A DNA stretch of 64,000 nt from Kofleriaceae bacterium (GTDB taxonomy: Bacteria > Myxococcota_A > Polyangia > Haliangiales > Haliangiaceae): contig DATHKR010000235.1 of NCBI GenBank assembly GCA_035489015.1, positions 17,029 through 81,028 of the forward strand. Reading direction: 5' to 3'. Below the pieces are notes generated by a model. That model saw only the letters and a list, made by a program, of their open reading frames with translations. It had not been told where the DNA came from and searched no databases. The position numbers were made by a program, and so were the translations under genes. Position 1 is the first letter of the stretch; every line of letters begins with the position of its first letter. This document shows, piece by piece, positions 48,798-61,316 of the stretch.

Positions 48798-50270
48798 ATG
48801 CGGTCCGGGTACTTCACCGCGCTCGTGGCCGGCGCGCTGACGGCCCTCGGTCTGGCCGTCCTCCCGGCCCGCGCCGAGGCCAGGCCTTACCCGGTGCGCA
48901 TCGACTCGCAGCCGAGCGGCGCCACCGTCTACCTGGACAGCAAGGAGGGCGAGCCGCTGGGCCAGACCCCCTACAACGGGCGGCTCTCGGCCGGTCCACA
49001 CACATTGATCGTGGAGCTGGACGGCTACGTGTCCCAGGTCCAGGACATCAACATCCGGAGGGGCAGGCACGTCCAGCGCATCGACGTGAGGCTGAGCAAG
49101 ATCGACCTGGCCAGCATCGAGGTGGTGCTGGGACGGGCCGGCGGCCGCAAGGTCGAGGCCGACGGCGCCCGCATCCTGGTCGACGGCCGGGACGTCGGCG
49201 CGGTCCCCGACACCATCCAGGTCCCCGCCGGACCCCACCAGGTCGAGGTGGTGCTCGAGGGCTACAAGACCTTCGAGACCTGGGTGGAGACGGCCGAGGG
49301 AGAGAAGCTCAAGGTGACCGCCGACCTGGTCCCGCTGGGCGGCAAACCGGTCCGGGTCGCCCAGGCCGGCGCCGGCGCCACCGCCGACGACGTGCCAGGG
49401 GAGGGCGAGGGCACCACCCCGGGATCGCGCGCGCCCCGGCGGGTCGCCGCGGCCGAGGACAACCCGCTCGCCGGCAAGAGCGCGACCACCGAGCCGGAGG
49501 GGACCGCCTTTCGCGAGAAGCCGGACGCCGCCCCCGCCCGCGTGATCCCGTTCGTGACGCTCGGCGCCGGGCTCGAGCTCGGCGGCCGCCGCTTCCGGCC
49601 CAACTCGGAGGACGTCCAGGGGCTGCGCAAGTACGACGCCGGCGGCGTGCTCATGGTGCGGCTGTCGGCCGAGGTGAACCCGCTCGCCGCCATGCAGAGC
49701 CGGCTCGCCTCCGGCTGGGGGCTCTACGCCGCCTACGCGCGCGCGACCCCGCTCGACTCCACCGCCGAGCTCATGGACGGCACCGAGGTGGAGGTGCCGA
49801 CCGTGTGGAGCGAGCTCGATCTCGGCGCGCGCTATCGCTATCGCTTCCGGCCGGACAGCTACCTCGGGATCGAGGGCGGCTACGGCACTCACACCTTCAC
49901 CTTCGACTTCTCCGCCGACACCGAGGAGCTGGCGGAGGAGGTGCCCGACGTGTCCTACAAGTTCGTCCGGATCGGGCTGGAGGGGCGGCTCGGGCTGGGG
50001 CGGATCTCGCTGCTCGGCACCGGCGGCACTCGCCTGGTCAGCTCGATCGGCGACCTGGGCGACAGGTTCGCCAAGACCGACATCCTGGCCCTGTCGGGCA
50101 GCCTCGGGATGGCGGTGACGGTGACCAGCTCGATCGAGGCGCGCCTGGTCGCGCACTACGACCACTACGCCCACGACTACACCCCGGGCGATGGCGCCCC
50201 GTCCGGGACGGCGACCAGCGGTCTCGATCAGTTCTTCGGCGCGCTTCTGTCGGCGCTGTTCGTCTACTGA
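48798..50270 (+). CDS. Exported protein: two PEGA domains plus C-terminal beta-barrel-like domain
   Basis: Track ORF 48798..50270. Signal peptide. PEGA units (VRIDSQPSGATVYLD...GPHTLIVELDGY; ILVDGRDVGAVPDTIQVPAGPHQVEVVLEGY). The C-terminal half has alternating strands and ends LSALFVY. Confidence 0.8.
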   Translation: MRSGYFTALVAGALTALGLAVLPARAEARPYPVRIDSQPSGATVYLDSKEGEPLGQTPYNGRLSAGPHTLIVELDGYVSQVQDINIRRGRHVQRIDVRLSKIDLASIEVVLGRAGGRKVEADGARILVDGRDVGAVPDTIQVPAGPHQVEVVLEGYKTFETWVETAEGEKLKVTADLVPLGGKPVRVAQAGAGATADDVPGEGEGTTPGSRAPRRVAAAEDNPLAGKSATTEPEGTAFREKPDAAPARVIPFVTLGAGLELGGRRFRPNSEDVQGLRKYDAGGVLMVRLSAEVNPLAAMQSRLASGWGLYAAYARATPLDSTAELMDGTEVEVPTVWSELDLGARYRYRFRPDSYLGIEGGYGTHTFTFDFSADTEELAEEVPDVSYKFVRIGLEGRLGLGRISLLGTGGTRLVSSIGDLGDRFAKTDILALSGSLGMAVTVTSSIEARLVAHYDHYAHDYTPGDGAPSGTATSGLDQFFGALLSALFVY

Positions 50271-51289
50271 TCGCTGCCGTCGTACGCGGTCGCGGGCGCG
50301 CGCCTCTTGCGGTCGAACCGGCGCACCACGTAGGCCACCGATGCGCGGTAGTCGTCGAGGCTGGCGGTCACCGGCGAGACGTAGGCGCGGGCGAATTCGC
50401 GCACCCGCACGGCGTGGTCGCGTAGATCGAAGCCGGCCGGCAGCCGGTAGGAGCGGAACCGCACCCGGCGGCCGCGCCAGGTCGACTCCACGGACGGGGC
50501 CGGCACCTCGCGCAGCGCGGTCATGCGCACCGCCCAGCCGGTCGGGCGCGCGAGCGGCGCGCCGCTGGCCTCGCGCGCGGCGCCCATGTGATGAGTGAAG
50601 ACCGCCTGCTCGCGGTCGAAGTGGCGGGCGGTCAGCTGGCCGAGCGCGGCGAACCGGCGGGCCGGGTCCGGCTCGGCCAGCCCGTCCATCAGCCCGCGCA
50701 CCACCCCGCGCGACTCCTCGTCCATGATCGGCGGCAGCGGCCCGTCGGCCAGCGCGCGGCCGAGCGGATCGCCGGCCCGCTCGAGCTCCGCCGCGCGCAG
50801 CGCGTACAGAACGGTCGGCACCGAGTCGGCGAAGATGCCGCGGTTGGTGCGGCGGAGGACCTCGTCGGCGCCCTCGGCCGCCGCCGCGAGCGCGCGATAG
50901 CGCAGGCGCCCGGCCGCCGCGCCGACCAGCCCGAAGATCCGCGATCGCGCCATGCCGTCCATCACCTGCGAGATGCCGAGCACCGCCACCACCGGCCACG
51001 GATACGCGAAGCGCATGCGGAAGCCGAGCGCGAGGTAGCCGGCAACGCGGGTGTGCACGGTGCGGTTGTAGCGGCGCAGCCAGGCGTGGGCCTGATCGGC
51101 CAGCGAGCGCTGCTCATCCTCGAAGCGGCCGCGCAGATCGGCCGGGAGCGCGTCGAGCTCGCGCGCGTAGTGCTCCGCCGCGGCGGCGAGATCGCGGCCG
51201 GTCACCAGGGTGAGCTCCTCTCCCATCAGCTGGAAGCTGTCGATCGCGGCGCCCGCGCCGACGCGGCGCAGCGAGCTGAGCAGCGGCAT
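50264..51289 (-). CDS. Hypothetical protein
   Basis: 3' part of track ORF 50264..52888. ATG 51289 (MPLLSSLRRVGAGAAIDSF...). The composition is protein-like compared with the upstream part of the ORF. No recognisable motifs. Confidence 0.5.
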   Translation of the reverse strand: MPLLSSLRRVGAGAAIDSFQLMGEELTLVTGRDLAAAAEHYARELDALPADLRGRFEDEQRSLADQAHAWLRRYNRTVHTRVAGYLALGFRMRFAYPWPVVAVLGISQVMDGMARSRIFGLVGAAAGRLRYRALAAAAEGADEVLRRTNRGIFADSVPTVLYALRAAELERAGDPLGRALADGPLPPIMDEESRGVVRGLMDGLAEPDPARRFAALGQLTARHFDREQAVFTHHMGAAREASGAPLARPTGWAVRMTALREVPAPSVESTWRGRRVRFRSYRLPAGFDLRDHAVRVREFARAYVSPVTASLDDYRASVAYVVRRFDRKRRAPATAYDGSDQ

Positions 51290-51361
51290 CGCGACACTAT
51301 AGTGCGCCGACCGGGGCACAACCGATGGACGCTCGCCGCCGGAGCGCGGTAGCGTGCCGCC

Positions 51362-52948
<1,587 letters not shown>

Positions 52949-52956
52949 GGGCCATC

Positions 52957-54294
52957 ATGCTCACCCGAGAAAAGGCCCAGGAGCTGGTGAAGAAGGTCCT
53001 CTCGCGCTCCAAGGCGGACGAGGCCGAGGTCGAGCTCACCAGCGGCACGGTCGCCAACCTCCGCTTCGCGCGCAACTCGCCGTCGACCAGCGGCAGCAAG
53101 ACCGGCCCGTCGCTGACCGTCCGCTCGAGCTTCGGCAAGAAGAGCGGCCAGGCCACGGTCAACCAGCTCGACGACGCCACCCTCGACCAGGTGGTCCAGC
53201 GCTCGGAGGAGATGGCGCGGCTGGCCCCGGACGACCCGGAGCGGATGCCGGCGCTCGGCGCCCAGAAGTACGCCGAGCCGGCCGCCTACTTCGAGTCGAC
53301 CGCCACCCAGGGCCCGGCCCGCATGGCCCAGGGCGCGGCGGCGTGCATCGACGCGGCCCGCGCGGCCGATTTCGTGGCGGCCGGCTTCACCCGCACCGCC
53401 GCCGAGATGGAGGCGCTCGGCACCTCGCGCGGGCTGTTCGGCTATCACCGCAGCACCTCGGCGTCGCTGTCGACCACCGTGCGCACCGCCGACGGCACCG
53501 GATCCGGCTTCGCCGGGCGGGTCGGCCGCCGCATCGAGGACGTCGACTACGCCGGCGCGGCCAAGATCGCGGTCGAGAAGGCGGCGGCGTCGCGCAAGGC
53601 GCGTCCGCTCAAGCCGGGCAAGTACGTCACCATCCTCGAGCCGAGCTGCGTGGCCAGCCTGCTCCAGCTGATGATGTTCGGCATGGACCGGCGCCGCGCC
53701 GACGAGGGGCGCAGCTACTTCGCGGCGCCGAAGCGGCCGGGCGGCACCCGGCTGGGCGAGAAGCTGTTCGGCGCCGAGGTCGACCTGCGCTCGGATCCGG
53801 TCGACCCGCGCTGCCCGGCCCGGCCGTGGGGCGACGACGGCGTCCCGCAGGCGGCGCGCGCGTGGATCGACCACGGCGTCCTGAAGTCGCTCGCCTGCGA
53901 CCGGTTCTGGGCCACCCAGCAGAAGACCACGCCGGTGCCGCGCCCGACCAACCTGCTCATGGCCGGCGGCAAGGGCTCGCTGGCCGACCTGATCCGGTCG
54001 ACCAGGAAGGGCGTCCTCATCACCAGCTTCTGGTACATCCGCTTCCTCGACCCGCAGACGATGACGTTCACCGGCCTCACCCGCGACGGCGTGTTCTGGA
54101 TCGAGAACGGCGAGATCGCCCACCCGGTCAACAACTTCCGCTGGAACGACAGCCCGATCAGCGCGCTCAAGAAGGTCGAGGCGATGTCGTCGGCCGAGCT
54201 GACCCCGGCGCGCGGCGACGAGGACCCGTTCTCGGTGGTCCCGGCTCTTCGGGTGTCCGAGTTCAACCTGGCCAGCGTTTCCGACGCGGTCTGA
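52957..54294 (+). CDS. TldD/PmbA-family protein (PmbA/TldE-like partner)
   Basis: 3' part of track ORF 52795..54294. ATG 52957 (MLTREKAQELVKKVLS...). Typical PmbA-like layout and no HExxxH. Confidence 0.8.
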   Translation: MLTREKAQELVKKVLSRSKADEAEVELTSGTVANLRFARNSPSTSGSKTGPSLTVRSSFGKKSGQATVNQLDDATLDQVVQRSEEMARLAPDDPERMPALGAQKYAEPAAYFESTATQGPARMAQGAAACIDAARAADFVAAGFTRTAAEMEALGTSRGLFGYHRSTSASLSTTVRTADGTGSGFAGRVGRRIEDVDYAGAAKIAVEKAAASRKARPLKPGKYVTILEPSCVASLLQLMMFGMDRRRADEGRSYFAAPKRPGGTRLGEKLFGAEVDLRSDPVDPRCPARPWGDDGVPQAARAWIDHGVLKSLACDRFWATQQKTTPVPRPTNLLMAGGKGSLADLIRSTRKGVLITSFWYIRFLDPQTMTFTGLTRDGVFWIENGEIAHPVNNFRWNDSPISALKKVEAMSSAELTPARGDEDPFSVVPALRVSEFNLASVSDAV

Positions 54295-54302
54295 GGATCT
54301 CC

Positions 54303-54731
54303 ATGCGACCCCAGCCTCTCATCGCGGTGGCCGACGTCGAGGCCAGCAGCCGCTGGTACCAGCGCCTGCTCGGCTGCCAGAGCGCGCACGGCGGGCCCAA
54401 CTACGAGCGCCTGGAGCGCGACGGGGTCCTCGTCCTCCAGCTCCACCGCTGGGAGGTCGAGCATCACCACGGCCCGATCGGCGATCCGGCCAGCCGGCCG
54501 TACGGCAACGGGGTGCTGCTCTGGTTCGAGACCGACGAGTTCGACGCCACCATCGCCCGCGCCGTGGCGCTGGGCGCCGAGATGGTCCTGGCGCCGCACC
54601 GCAACCCGCCTTCGGGCGACGGCGGCCCGGATCACCGCGAGTGCTGGGTGCGCGATCTCGACGGGTACGTGGTGGTGCTGGCCAGCCCGGACGGCGAGGC
54701 GAGCGCCAGCGGGATCAGCGGACCGGGCTGA
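54303..54731 (+). CDS. VOC (glyoxalase / bleomycin-resistance) family protein
   Basis: 3' part of track ORF 53343..54731. ATG 54303 (MRPQPLIAVADVEASSRWYQRLLG...). Also ECWVRDLDGYVVVL. Confidence 0.75.
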   Translation: MRPQPLIAVADVEASSRWYQRLLGCQSAHGGPNYERLERDGVLVLQLHRWEVEHHHGPIGDPASRPYGNGVLLWFETDEFDATIARAVALGAEMVLAPHRNPPSGDGGPDHRECWVRDLDGYVVVLASPDGEASASGISGPG

Positions 54732-55232
54732 GCTGCCCGCCCTGGAGCGGGATCGGCACCTTGACCAGGATGCCGATCTCGCCGGTGAAGCGCTCCTCGT
54801 CGCCGACGTCGCCGAACCGGATGACCGGGCCGCCGTAGACCGTCAGCCAGGCGCCGGTCAGGACCAGCCGGCCCCGCATGCCGAACCGAGTCTCGTCTCC
54901 GCCCAGCTCCATCACCGGCCCCAGGTCGACCCCGACCATCGAGTAGCCGCCCTCGACCCCGAGCGAGAGCCGGGTGGTGTCGCGCCGGAAGTCGCGCAGG
55001 CCGTCGGCGTAGACGCCGTACCAGTTGCCGCGGCGGAACAGCCGCGCGGCGCTGACCTCGGCGCCGAGCATGAAGTCGGCCACCGCCTCCTCGATGACCG
55101 AGCCGACGTTCACGCCCGACACCAGGTACCACTCGGCGTCCGGGCCGACGTCGGCGCCCGCGCGGCCCGGCGCCGCCCCGATCGCCGCGGCGACGGCGAC
55201 ACCGAGCGCCGCTCGCCTGATCGCAGCCGGCG

Positions 55233-55236
<4 letters not shown>
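54715..55236 (-). CDS. Small exported beta-rich protein (possible small beta-barrel)
   Basis: 3' part of track ORF 54715..56724. ATG 55236 overlaps the upstream kinase stop as ATGA. Signal peptide AALGVAVAAAIGAAPGRAGA. Alternating Gly/aromatic strands. Confidence 0.55.
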
Positions 55237-56785
<1,549 letters not shown>

Positions 56786-56789
<4 letters not shown>

Positions 56790-58462
56790 GCGGGTCCCCT
56801 CTTGCGCCACCGGCCCGGGCGATCCTCGCTCACGGCCTGGCGCGGGACATAGACGAACAGGCACTCGCCGCCGGGGCCGAAATCGAAGGCGACTGCCCGA
56901 GGACACTCGTGGGTTCCGAGCGCGACGAGGTGATCGCCGACCGGGAAGACGTGGTGACCGGCGGCCGGGCTGCCGAACTGCACCTGCGCGCTGGCGATCG
57001 GGATCTGGTTGGGGGTGACGAGCTCGATGCCGCCCGAGCTGTCGAGCTGGACGGCGCCGGTGGCGCGGCCGCCGCTCTTGCGGACGAAGCAGTTGAGGCC
57101 GCGGACGTGGATGGTGAAGTGTCCGAGCGCCGGCACCAGCGACACCCGCAGCCGCACCCGCCCGCCGACGCTGGTCATGTCGACCGAGCCCTCGGCGTTC
57201 ATGGCGACGAACAGGCCCGTGCGATCGCCGAGCGGCTGCGGCGTGGCCGTCACCGCCAGGCGGTGGGGCGGGCCGCTCGGGGCATTGCCGGCCGCCGAGC
57301 TCGCCACCGGGCGGGTCATCGGTGCGCCGGCCGGCGGCGCCGGCACGATCGGCGGCGCGCTGGGCGCCGGGCGCGTCTCGGCCGCCGACTTCCCCTTCAT
57401 CGCGGCGGCGGCGGCGTCCTCCGGCTCGGTGGTCGCCGACGGGTGCTCGGCCGGCTGCTTCGGCACCGGCGTGAGGGTGGGCGGCTCGAGCGGGAGGCGC
57501 CGGCGCGAGCTCTTGCTCTCGAACGCGCGCAGGAGGTCCTTGGCGAACGCGCCGGCCCGGGTCGGCCGCGCGGTCGGATCGACGCTGAGCGCCTGCTTGA
57601 GCAGCGTCGCGAGCGCCCCGGGCAGCTCGAACCCTCGCATCACCTCGTCGACCAGCGCGTCGCCGGTGGCGCGCTGGCGGTACGCCTCGGCCGGGTCGTT
57701 GCTGGAGAACAGGCAGCGACCGGTCAGCATGTAGACCGCGACCAGCGCGAACGAGAAGATGTCCGACGCCGGCGTGACCGGCTGGCCGACCAGCTGCTCG
57801 GGCGCGGCCCACAGGCCGGAGTACATGAGCAGCCGGCGCCCGGCGACCACGTGGGTGTCGCCGGCGCGGTTGGCCAGCCCCAGGCTGTCGAGCGCGAGCG
57901 ACTTGGCGATTCCGAAGTCGGCCAGCTTGGGGGCGCGGGTGCGGCCCGAGGTGCCGAACAGGATGTTCTTCGGCTTGATGTCGCGGTGGATGATGTCGTT
58001 GGCGTGCGCCTCGTCGAGCGCGCCGCAGATCGCGGTCACCACCTGCAGCGCCTCGGACGGGGCCAGGGGGCCCTCGCGGCGGACCAGGTTGGACAGCGTG
58101 CCGCCGTTCATGAACTCCGAGACCTGGAACGGCGGGCCGCCCGGCTCCTTGCCCTCCTCCTGGCCGCCCGGCGACGGCAGGTGGGCGAAGTCGTAGATGC
58201 GCAGCGTGTTGGGGTGGGTCAGCTTGCTGAGCGCGAACGCCTCCTGCACGAAGTGCTCGTAGGTCGTCCGGTAGATCCACTCCTTGTCGCGCAGGGTGTG
58301 AAACACCTTGATGCAGACCGGGCGCGACAGGCGCTCGTCCTCGCCGCGGTACACGACGCTGGTGCCGCCGGTCTCGAGCCGCTCCATCACTCGATAGCGA
58401 TCCAGGACCTTGTCGCCCAGCGAGAGCGGATCGGTCATGGACGGGCTATCGGGTTGCGTCAT
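56786..58462 (-). CDS. Cytoplasmic Ser/Thr kinase with Pro/Ala linker and C-terminal beta-rich (weakly FHA-like) domain
   Basis: 3' part of track ORF 56786..58642. ATG 58462 (MTQPDSPSMTDPLSLGDKVLDRYRV; alternative ATG at 58438). Motifs ETGGTSVV, VCIKVF, HRDIKPKN, DFGIAK, AAPEQ. C-terminus HFTIHVRGLNCFVRKSGG...IELVTPN. Confidence 0.88.
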
Positions 58463-58681
58463 CGAGAGGCACGCTTCCACCGCGATCCGGCGCCGTCGCA
58501 CCGGGCGCGGAGAGCTCCGCTGTCGGGCCGGGTGGAATGGGCGCACATTGTACAGTGGCGTCCGCGCAAACGCCGAGTTTTGGCCTCCTTGGAACCCTCG
58601 GGGCCGCCGCCCTGCGAGAGCCCGGTGGGAGACTGGGTGCAAGGGTGCGACGGACGTGCGCCCGGCGCGCCGCGGCTCGCG

Positions 58682-59449
58682 CTACACCGCCGGTGCGGGC
58701 AGGAGCCCGCCGACCTCGAAGTCACTGCGCGGGAAGCTCAGCTTGTCGCGTCCGGACAGCAGATTCTTGCGCAGCATATCGACCCGCTGGCGGCCCGCGT
58801 AGCAGACCCAGATGGCCTGCTCGCGGCCTGGCCGCTTGCTGCTGAACGCGCGCGGCGTGAACAGGCCCAGGTTGGAGCCGCCGTCGCGGTCGCGCGCCGA
58901 GCGGTACTGGAACACCTCGACTCCATCGGCCCGCATCTCGGTGCCGAGCATCTGCGCGTCGCGATAGTCGGTCGGCGACGAGATCTGCGGAACGTAGCGC
59001 TCGAACGGCGTGCGGGTCAGATCGGCGGCGGCGTCGGACGCGAACCCGGCGCTGAACGCGGTCAGCTCGGCGACCGGCGAGATGTTGGCCGTCGTCCCGT
59101 CCAGGAACACCATGCGGTAGTAGGCGACCTCGGCCAGCGCGGTCGGCACGGTCAGCGACCCGTACCAGATGCCCCGCTCGTGCCGCTGGCCGAAGCGCGA
59201 GCCCCAGCGCAGCGGCGGGTAGCGGAACGGAGTCCCGAGCAGCTGGTGCAGCCCGTGGAACTCGCGCCCCTCCGGGGCCGGCGGCTTCTGGCGCTCGATC
59301 AGCTCCTCGAGGAGCTCCTGCTCCTCGAGGGTGTCGACCAGCTTTCTGGTCGATACCACGTGCTGCGCCTCGACCACGCGCCAGGCGCGGCCGGTGAGTC
59401 GGCGGCAGCTAGACCTTGCCCCGCATCGCGTCCAGATAGTCTGCGACAT
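58682..59449 (-). CDS. RES-domain toxin (RES-Xre type II TA)
   Basis: 3' part of track ORF 58682..59548. The only in-frame start before the conserved GRAWRVVEAQH block is ATG 59449, which overlaps the antitoxin by 41 nt. Sequence RWGSRFGQRHERGIWYGS...ALAEVAYY...FQYRSARDRDGGSNLGLF (R...E...S pattern). Confidence 0.82.
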   Translation of the reverse strand: MSQTIWTRCGARSSCRRLTGRAWRVVEAQHVVSTRKLVDTLEEQELLEELIERQKPPAPEGREFHGLHQLLGTPFRYPPLRWGSRFGQRHERGIWYGSLTVPTALAEVAYYRMVFLDGTTANISPVAELTAFSAGFASDAAADLTRTPFERYVPQISSPTDYRDAQMLGTEMRADGVEVFQYRSARDRDGGSNLGLFTPRAFSSKRPGREQAIWVCYAGRQRVDMLRKNLLSGRDKLSFPRSDFEVGGLLPAPAV

Positions 59450-59858
59450 GTACCAGGCCGGTGATGGAGCGGGCGAGCTCGGCAGGCTTTGCGCCCAGGT
59501 GGTGGTTGGCAGCGTGGAACCAGGCGCTGGCGGCGCGCTCGTCGCCACCGACCAGCGCGTCGAGGCTGCGCCAGATGCGCAGGAACAGCGTCGCGCGCTG
59601 CCCCTCGTTGGACGAGGGATCCAGCGGGCGCGTCCCGCGCAGCAGGCGGGACACGGTCGGCGGGCTGACCCCCAGCACCTCGGCCAGCTCCTTCTGCGAG
59701 CCGAGCTCGAGCCGGTCGGAAGCGCGCAGCAGCGCCTTGCCGAGCACGGCGCCGGCGCGGGCGTCGTCTGACGCGGGCGACAGCGAGGGGGACGAGGACG
59801 ACGCCGAGGACGAAGACGACGACGAGCTGCGCTTGGGTGGTGCTGCGGAGTGTGTCAT
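59409..59858 (-). CDS. Xre-type antitoxin with DUF2384-like toxin-binding domain
   Basis: Track ORF 59409..59858. HTH: SQKELAEVLGVSPPTVSRLLRG. C-terminus WFHAANHHLGAKPAELA...GLVHVADYLDAM. Poly-Ser N-terminus. Confidence 0.8.
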   Translation of the reverse strand: MTHSAAPPKRSSSSSSSSASSSSPSLSPASDDARAGAVLGKALLRASDRLELGSQKELAEVLGVSPPTVSRLLRGTRPLDPSSNEGQRATLFLRIWRSLDALVGGDERAASAWFHAANHHLGAKPAELARSITGLVHVADYLDAMRGKV

Positions 59859-59860
59859 AT

Positions 59861-59902
59861 CGTTTCAAATGAAACGTTAGCAGCCACACCGTTCTCCTGC
59901 AA
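59861..59902 (-). promoter_or_regulatory. AT-rich perfect palindrome CGTTTCA-AA-TGAAACG plus putative -35/-10 upstream of the antitoxin
   Basis: The palindrome at 59861-59876 begins 2 nt upstream of the antitoxin ATG. On the coding strand, TTGCAG (59902-59897), a 17-nt spacer, then TAACGT (59879-59874) overlaps one palindrome arm. It fits TA autorepression and would give a very short leader. Confidence 0.35.
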
Positions 59903-60042
59903 TCAGTTTTCGCGACTTCTCGCTTGACCGACCCGGGGCCGTCGACGCGGCGAAGCCCCGGAATGTACGCCAGTTGAGCTCGGCGTGCACGTCCGGGGCT
60001 TCGGGTCCGGCCGAGAACGGCCGGCGCGGGCCGCCGCTGGTC

Positions 60043-61251
60043 CTACTCGAGGGTCAGGCGGCGGACCCGGTGGTACGCGCCATCGTTGCCGCGCGTCCCG
60101 TCGGCGATGTAGAGGTAGCCGTCGCTGCGCGCGTCGATCCCCTCGATGGCGAACAGCTGGCCGGAGCGCGGGTCCGCGTCGTCGGCCCAGCCGGGCGTGG
60201 CGTTTCCGGCCACCGTCGTGACGTCTCCCTCCGGCGAGACGCGGCGGATGAGGAAGTTGCCGGTGTCGGAGACGTAGACGTTGCCGGCCTGGTCGATCGC
60301 CAGCCCCTGCGGGTTGTAGAAGGTGGCTTCGGCGACCGCTCCGTCATCGCGACCGGCCGTGCCGGTGCCGGCGTAGGTGGTGACCTCGCCCTCGAGATCG
60401 ACCACGCGCAGCCGGTTGTTGCCGAAGTCTGCGATCAAGAGGGTTCCATCGGAGCGCTCGACGATGTCGTACGGCTGATCGAACGACGCCTCGGCGGCGT
60501 GGCCATCGCGGTAGCCGGGCGCGCCGAGCCCGCCGGCCAGGAGCGTCAGGGTGCCGTCCGACGGATCGAACAGCTGCACCACGTGCGCCTCGAAGTCGGT
60601 CAGAGCCAGGCGGCCGTCGGCCAGGACGATCATGCCGCGGCAGCGCCCGGCGTTGTCGCGTATGAGCTCGGGCGAGCCGCCGGCGGCCGGCATGCTCCAC
60701 AGCGCCCCGCCCATCCGGCCCAGGCTGTTGCCGTCGGTCTGGACGTAGAGCGTGTCACCCGACAGCGCCATGCCGAACGGGCGGACGAACATTCCCTCGA
60801 GCGGCGGCACGCTGAGCGTGCTCACGTCGCCGGTCGTGGTGACCCGGCGGATCGCGCCGTTGTCGAAGTCGGCGACCAGGATCGCGCCGTCGTCGGCGAT
60901 GAGCGTGTTGACCGGGTTGCTGAACAGCGCGTGGTTGCGATCGCCGTCCTCGTCGCCCGCGATGCCAGCGCCGGCCAGCGTGGTCAGGCCCTCGATGAGG
61001 GGGACCTGCTCGAAGCCGGGTCCGCCGTCGGTTGCGTCGTCGCCGCCGTCGTCGTCGCCGGCGTCGCCGGCGTCCGGCTCGACGGTGCCGTCATCGTCGT
61101 CATCGCCTCCGCCGCCTCCGCCACCGCCTCCTCCTCCGCCGCAGGCAGCGAGGCCCAAGGCGAGGCCGAGCGAGAGCGAAAAGAGAGGACGGCCGACACG
61201 TGATGAGCTCGAAGACGAGCCCGAAACCATGACGACGAGACGTTCACTCAC
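60043..61251 (-). CDS. NHL-repeat beta-propeller lipoprotein with Gly12/Asp-rich linker
   Basis: Track ORF 60043..61251 (GTG; alternative ATG at 61230). Lipobox LAAC followed by GGGGGGGGGGGGDDDDD. NHL units FSNPVNTLIADDGAILVADFDNGAIRRV, FDQPYDIVERSDGTLLIADFGNNRLRVV, FYNPQGLAIDQAGNVYVSDTGNFLIRRV. Confidence 0.85.
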   Translation of the reverse strand: MSERLVVMVSGSSSSSSRVGRPLFSLSLGLALGLAACGGGGGGGGGGGGDDDDDGTVEPDAGDAGDDDGGDDATDGGPGFEQVPLIEGLTTLAGAGIAGDEDGDRNHALFSNPVNTLIADDGAILVADFDNGAIRRVTTTGDVSTLSVPPLEGMFVRPFGMALSGDTLYVQTDGNSLGRMGGALWSMPAAGGSPELIRDNAGRCRGMIVLADGRLALTDFEAHVVQLFDPSDGTLTLLAGGLGAPGYRDGHAAEASFDQPYDIVERSDGTLLIADFGNNRLRVVDLEGEVTTYAGTGTAGRDDGAVAEATFYNPQGLAIDQAGNVYVSDTGNFLIRRVSPEGDVTTVAGNATPGWADDADPRSGQLFAIEGIDARSDGYLYIADGTRGNDGAYHRVRRLTLE

Positions 61252-61316
61252 GAGAACTACCTCCGGCGCGGTCAGACATCATATTCAGACGAGCAGGAGT
61301 CAGACGGCAATGCTCA

